From: Candidatus Nanohaloarchaea archaeon
GTDB taxonomy: Archaea > Nanohalarchaeota > Nanosalinia > Nanosalinales > Nanosalinaceae
Direction: 5' to 3'
Assembly (NCBI GenBank): GCA_013343275.1
Contig: CP046106.1
Location: 608,001 to 672,000 of the forward strand
DNA length: 64,000 bases
Below the pieces are notes generated by a model. That model was not told the DNA's origin. It ran no database searches and saw only the letters and a program-made list of their open reading frames with translations. Position 1 is the stretch's first letter. Each line of letters starts with the position of its first letter. This document shows positions 60,875-64,000 of the stretch, piece after piece. The position numbers and the translations under genes were made by a program.

Positions 60875-61900
60875 ATGGACAACGAGAAACGTAAAGAACT
60901 AGTTCTCCGTAACTCGGAGGAGATAATCCAGGAAGAAGAACTGGAACAGATACTTGAAGAAAAAGACGAGCCACGGGCCTACGTAGGATACGAGACCTCA
61001 GGGCCTGTACACCTCGGCCACTGGATCTCAGTCCGTAAAATGCTGGACATCCAGAAAGCAGGATTCGATCCCGTAATTCTGTGGGCAGATCTGCATACCT
61101 TCCTCAACAAGAAAGGAGAGGAGGACTGGATCGAGGACATGATCGAGTACTGGCAGGCCACATTCGAAGCTCTAGGCCTTGACGCAGAGTACGTCCACGG
61201 CCGGGACTTCCAGGAAGACGACGAGTACTTCCACGATTTATTGACCATGATGCAAAAAACCACGATCAACCGTGGAGAACGCTCAATGCAACACGATTTG
61301 AGGGACAAGGACGAAGTCTACATCTCCCAGATCACATACCCACTGATGCAGGCACTTGACATCGTCCACCTAGACCTTGATCTGGCAGTCGCTGGAATCG
61401 AGCAGAGAAAAATCCACATGCTCGCAAGAGAACAGCTGCCAAAACTCGGATACGAGAAACCAACCTGCCTGCACTGGCCTCTACTCACATCACTGGCCGG
61501 AAGCGGGGACAAAATGTCTTCATCCAAGAAAAACACGATGTTCCCACTGCACGCAGACCCAGAAGACATCAGGGACGTACTTGAAGACGCTTACTGCCCA
61601 CAGGGCGAAGTAGAAGACAACCCGATTATCCAGATCTGCCAGTTCTTCATCTTCGGAGCAGACCGCGAACTAACAGTCGAGAGAAAAGAAGAATACGGCG
61701 GAGACCTCCACTACGAAACATTTGAGGAGATGACAGAAGATTTCGAAAGCGGCGAACTCCACCCGCTGGACCTAAAAGAAGCAGTAGCAGACGAAGTAAT
61801 CGACAGATTCGAACCAGTAAGAGAAAGGTTCAAAGAAGAACCAGAACTACTGGAACCGCTCGAAGAGATAGGCCACGAAAAACCAGATTATCTGAAGTAA
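60875..61900 (+). CDS. tyrS: tyrosyl-tRNA synthetase (archaeal type)
   Basis: YVGYETSGPVHLGH, YPLMQALD, EQRKIHMLARE and KMSSS motifs. Confidence 0.97.
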   Translation: MDNEKRKELVLRNSEEIIQEEELEQILEEKDEPRAYVGYETSGPVHLGHWISVRKMLDIQKAGFDPVILWADLHTFLNKKGEEDWIEDMIEYWQATFEALGLDAEYVHGRDFQEDDEYFHDLLTMMQKTTINRGERSMQHDLRDKDEVYISQITYPLMQALDIVHLDLDLAVAGIEQRKIHMLAREQLPKLGYEKPTCLHWPLLTSLAGSGDKMSSSKKNTMFPLHADPEDIRDVLEDAYCPQGEVEDNPIIQICQFFIFGADRELTVERKEEYGGDLHYETFEEMTEDFESGELHPLDLKEAVADEVIDRFEPVRERFKEEPELLEPLEEIGHEKPDYLK

Positions 61901-61997
61901 AGGCCTTCTCTTCTTCTAACTTTTTCTTTTCTAGCTAGTTCCCCTTTGGCAGATAGAGTTACTGTATGTTGAAATGTAGAGAAGTAAAGTTGAGAGT

Positions 61998-62198
61998 TTA
62001 CTCCTCTTCTGGATCGTCTTCTTCTACCCAGACACGTACTTTTCCGGGCGGTGCGTCGAAAGGCCTTTTGCCAAACCTGATGTTCTCCGCGAGATCCATT
62101 GCTTCCTTTATCTTGTCGAATTCTTTTTCTGTTACTACTTTTTCCTTGAGTTCGGTGGGATGTGTTTCATCGAACTCGTATCCAGCTACTTCTTTCAT
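61998..62198 (-). CDS. small hypothetical protein
   Basis: ATG start, acidic, AT-rich box about 25 nt upstream. Confidence 0.6.
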   Translation of the reverse strand: MKEVAGYEFDETHPTELKEKVVTEKEFDKIKEAMDLAENIRFGKRPFDAPPGKVRVWVEEDDPEEE

Positions 62199-62280
62199 GT
62201 ATACCTATGGGACAGGCATCTTTATGATATCTCGACATCAACAGGATTGAACTAAAAAGAAACAAGTTACAATTTAAGGT

Positions 62281-62661
62281 GTGAAGATCACTATCTACGG
62301 CCGCACGCTCAACGTCTACGAGCAGTTGATCGATGAACCGCAGAAAGAAGTTAACGACCAGCTTAACGAATACTTCAACGGAGACCGGGAAATCTTTGAC
62401 CTTGAGTACGATATTCCTGAAGGATTTGTCGGCAGTGTTCTCCGCGAGATCCAGAAAATAGACTACGGGGAGACCAAGACCTATGGAGAAATTGCTGATA
62501 AAGTAGACAGCATTCCTATAGCTGTAGGTCAGGCCTGCAGCAAGAACCCTCTCCCTCTAATCGTTCCCTGCCACAGAGTAGTAGGTAAAAACTCTGTAGG
62601 AGGGTATCTTGGAGAAAGCGATAGTGAAGTGAAACGGAAACTGCTACAGCTAGAGAAATAA
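62281..62661 (+). CDS. ogt: methylated-DNA--protein-cysteine methyltransferase
   Basis: YGETKTYGEIA, AVGQAC and PCHRVV motifs. Confidence 0.94.
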   Translation: MKITIYGRTLNVYEQLIDEPQKEVNDQLNEYFNGDREIFDLEYDIPEGFVGSVLREIQKIDYGETKTYGEIADKVDSIPIAVGQACSKNPLPLIVPCHRVVGKNSVGGYLGESDSEVKRKLLQLEK

Positions 62662-62675
62662 GTTTTTAACTCTGC

Positions 62676-62828
62676 TTGCAGAATTTCTGGTTACAATGAA
62701 AGGTGGACGTCCCTCTGAAAATCGGAGATTTTCTGGAGTCAAAGGAAATCTGCGATTTCCAGACTTTTCTCACCGGACACATTTTGCAACCAACCAGGCT
62801 CGATGAGAGCCAGTTAGATCTAAAACCT
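62676..62828 (+). promoter_or_regulatory. serS leader element with 36-aa uORF MKGGRPSENRRFS... (62696-62806)
   Basis: Same core as the tyrS leader, a 54-nt in-frame insert, outer stems that differ from tyrS but still pair. Confidence 0.6.
62710..62763. repeat. double-hairpin palindromic element
   Basis: GAAAATC-GGA-GATTTTC and GGAAATC-TGC-GATTTCC. Confidence 0.65.
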
Positions 62829-62863
62829 ATTCTAGATAAAAATTTCTACGTAAGTGGTTACGT

Positions 62864-64000
62864 ATGATTGCTATAGAAGTCTTCCGCGATAATCCTGAGG
62901 AGATTAAAGACGCACAGAGACGTAGAGGAAAAGACCCTGAGAAAGTAGATAAAGTAGTTGAACTCGACAGAGAATGGAGAGAGAAACTGCAGGAGCTTGA
63001 ATCTCTTCAGCAGGAGAGAAACGAAGTAGGGGATAAGATCGCGGAGCTTAAACAGGAAGGAGAAGATGCCTCCGATAAAATTGAACGCATGCAGGAAGTA
63101 AAACAGAGAATCAGCGAGCTGGAGGACGAAGTCGACGATCTGAAAGAGGAACGTGACGAAGTCCGCTACCAGGTAGGCAACCTGCTAGCCGACGATGTTC
63201 CTGAAGGAGAGGGAGAGGAAGACAACCCAGAACTCCGGACATGGGAGCCGGAGGAAGGGATGAAAGAGGACTCAAAACTTGCTGCAGACTTCCTTGAAGA
63301 AAACGATCTTCTGTCAGCGGAGAAGGCCACAGAGGTAGGAGGAGAACGCGCATACTACCTATCACCGGAATTGCTACAGCTGAGCCAGGCCCTGATCAAC
63401 TTCTCGATCGACTTCCTGAAAGAGAAAGACTTTGGAGTCTATCAGGTGCCGTACATGCTGGAGGAGAAGTCGATCTCTGCAGCTGTAGATCTGGAAACAT
63501 TCGAAGACCAGCTCTACCAGGTAAACGAAAACGACAGATACCTGATAGGTACCGCAGAACATGCACTGGCCGCGAAATATCAGGGGGAAGTAATAGAACA
63601 AGACCTACCACTCAAACTTGGAGGATACTCCACAAACTTCCGGAGAGAGGCCGGTAAACACGGTAAACAGACCAGAGGTCTCTGGAGAGTCCACCAGTTC
63701 GAGAAAGTAGAGCAGTTCGCATTCTGCAAACCAGAAAACCACCTGGATATACTCCAGGAGACTCTTGGCAATGCAGAGGAGATCATGCAGGAGCTAGGTC
63801 TTCCATACCGAGTAGTCGATATCTGCGACGGCGACATCTCGAACAAGACCTTCAAGCAGTACGATATCGAGGTATGGAGGCCTCCTCTCGGAGAGTACGG
63901 AGAAGTTGGTAGCTACGGGTCATGTACCGATTACCAGGCCCGCGAGTTCGATACCAGATACCGTGAGCAAGGCGACAGAAAAGTTCCTTACACAGTCTAT
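62864..64000 (+). CDS. serS: seryl-tRNA synthetase (3' truncated by window end; absent from ORF track)
   Basis: Manual translation: MIAIEVFRDNPEEIK, coiled-coil arm, LIGTAEH, FRREAG..TRGLWRVHQFEKVEQF, YDIEVW, CTDYQAR. Confidence 0.96.
   Translation, partial: MIAIEVFRDNPEEIKDAQRRRGKDPEKVDKVVELDREWREKLQELESLQQERNEVGDKIAELKQEGEDASDKIERMQEVKQRISELEDEVDDLKEERDEVRYQVGNLLADDVPEGEGEEDNPELRTWEPEEGMKEDSKLAADFLEENDLLSAEKATEVGGERAYYLSPELLQLSQALINFSIDFLKEKDFGVYQVPYMLEEKSISAAVDLETFEDQLYQVNENDRYLIGTAEHALAAKYQGEVIEQDLPLKLGGYSTNFRREAGKHGKQTRGLWRVHQFEKVEQFAFCKPENHLDILQETLGNAEEIMQELGLPYRVVDICDGDISNKTFKQYDIEVWRPPLGEYGEVGSYGSCTDYQAREFDTRYREQGDRKVPYTVY

Overview
Archaeal DNA with a very acidic (Glu-rich) proteome, compact and mostly leaderless genes, and a streamlined gene set. 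This best fits Nanohaloarchaeota (DPANN); the taxonomy is an inference. The window contains thyA/folA, hel308, fbp/fba, a Tad/type IV pilus locus with six prepilin-like genes, and ligA-polX-nadM-nnrD. It also has a large glycogen/glycolysis cluster, tandem minD genes, leuS, the ftsZ-secE-spt5-rpl11-rpl1-rpl10-rpl12 region with two inserted genes, alaS, hsp20, ybaK, tyrS, ogt and the 5' part of serS. I saw no rRNA, tRNA, CRISPR array or transposase. Best novel candidate: a shared leader element upstream of both tyrS and serS (core CAATGAAAGGTGGACG). It encodes a uORF with the cognate amino-acid codon at position 7 (Tyr vs Ser) and sits inside stems that differ in sequence but still pair. This would be a candidate archaeal amino-acid/tRNA-sensing regulator. 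Also notable: window-wide over-representation of the palindrome AGGCCT, a structured leader before secE and the r-protein genes, a probable ATT start codon in the pilin operon, an HxHxQ HIT enzyme in the glycogen locus, and an HTH plus degenerate LAGLIDADG gene splitting rpl10 from rpl12.
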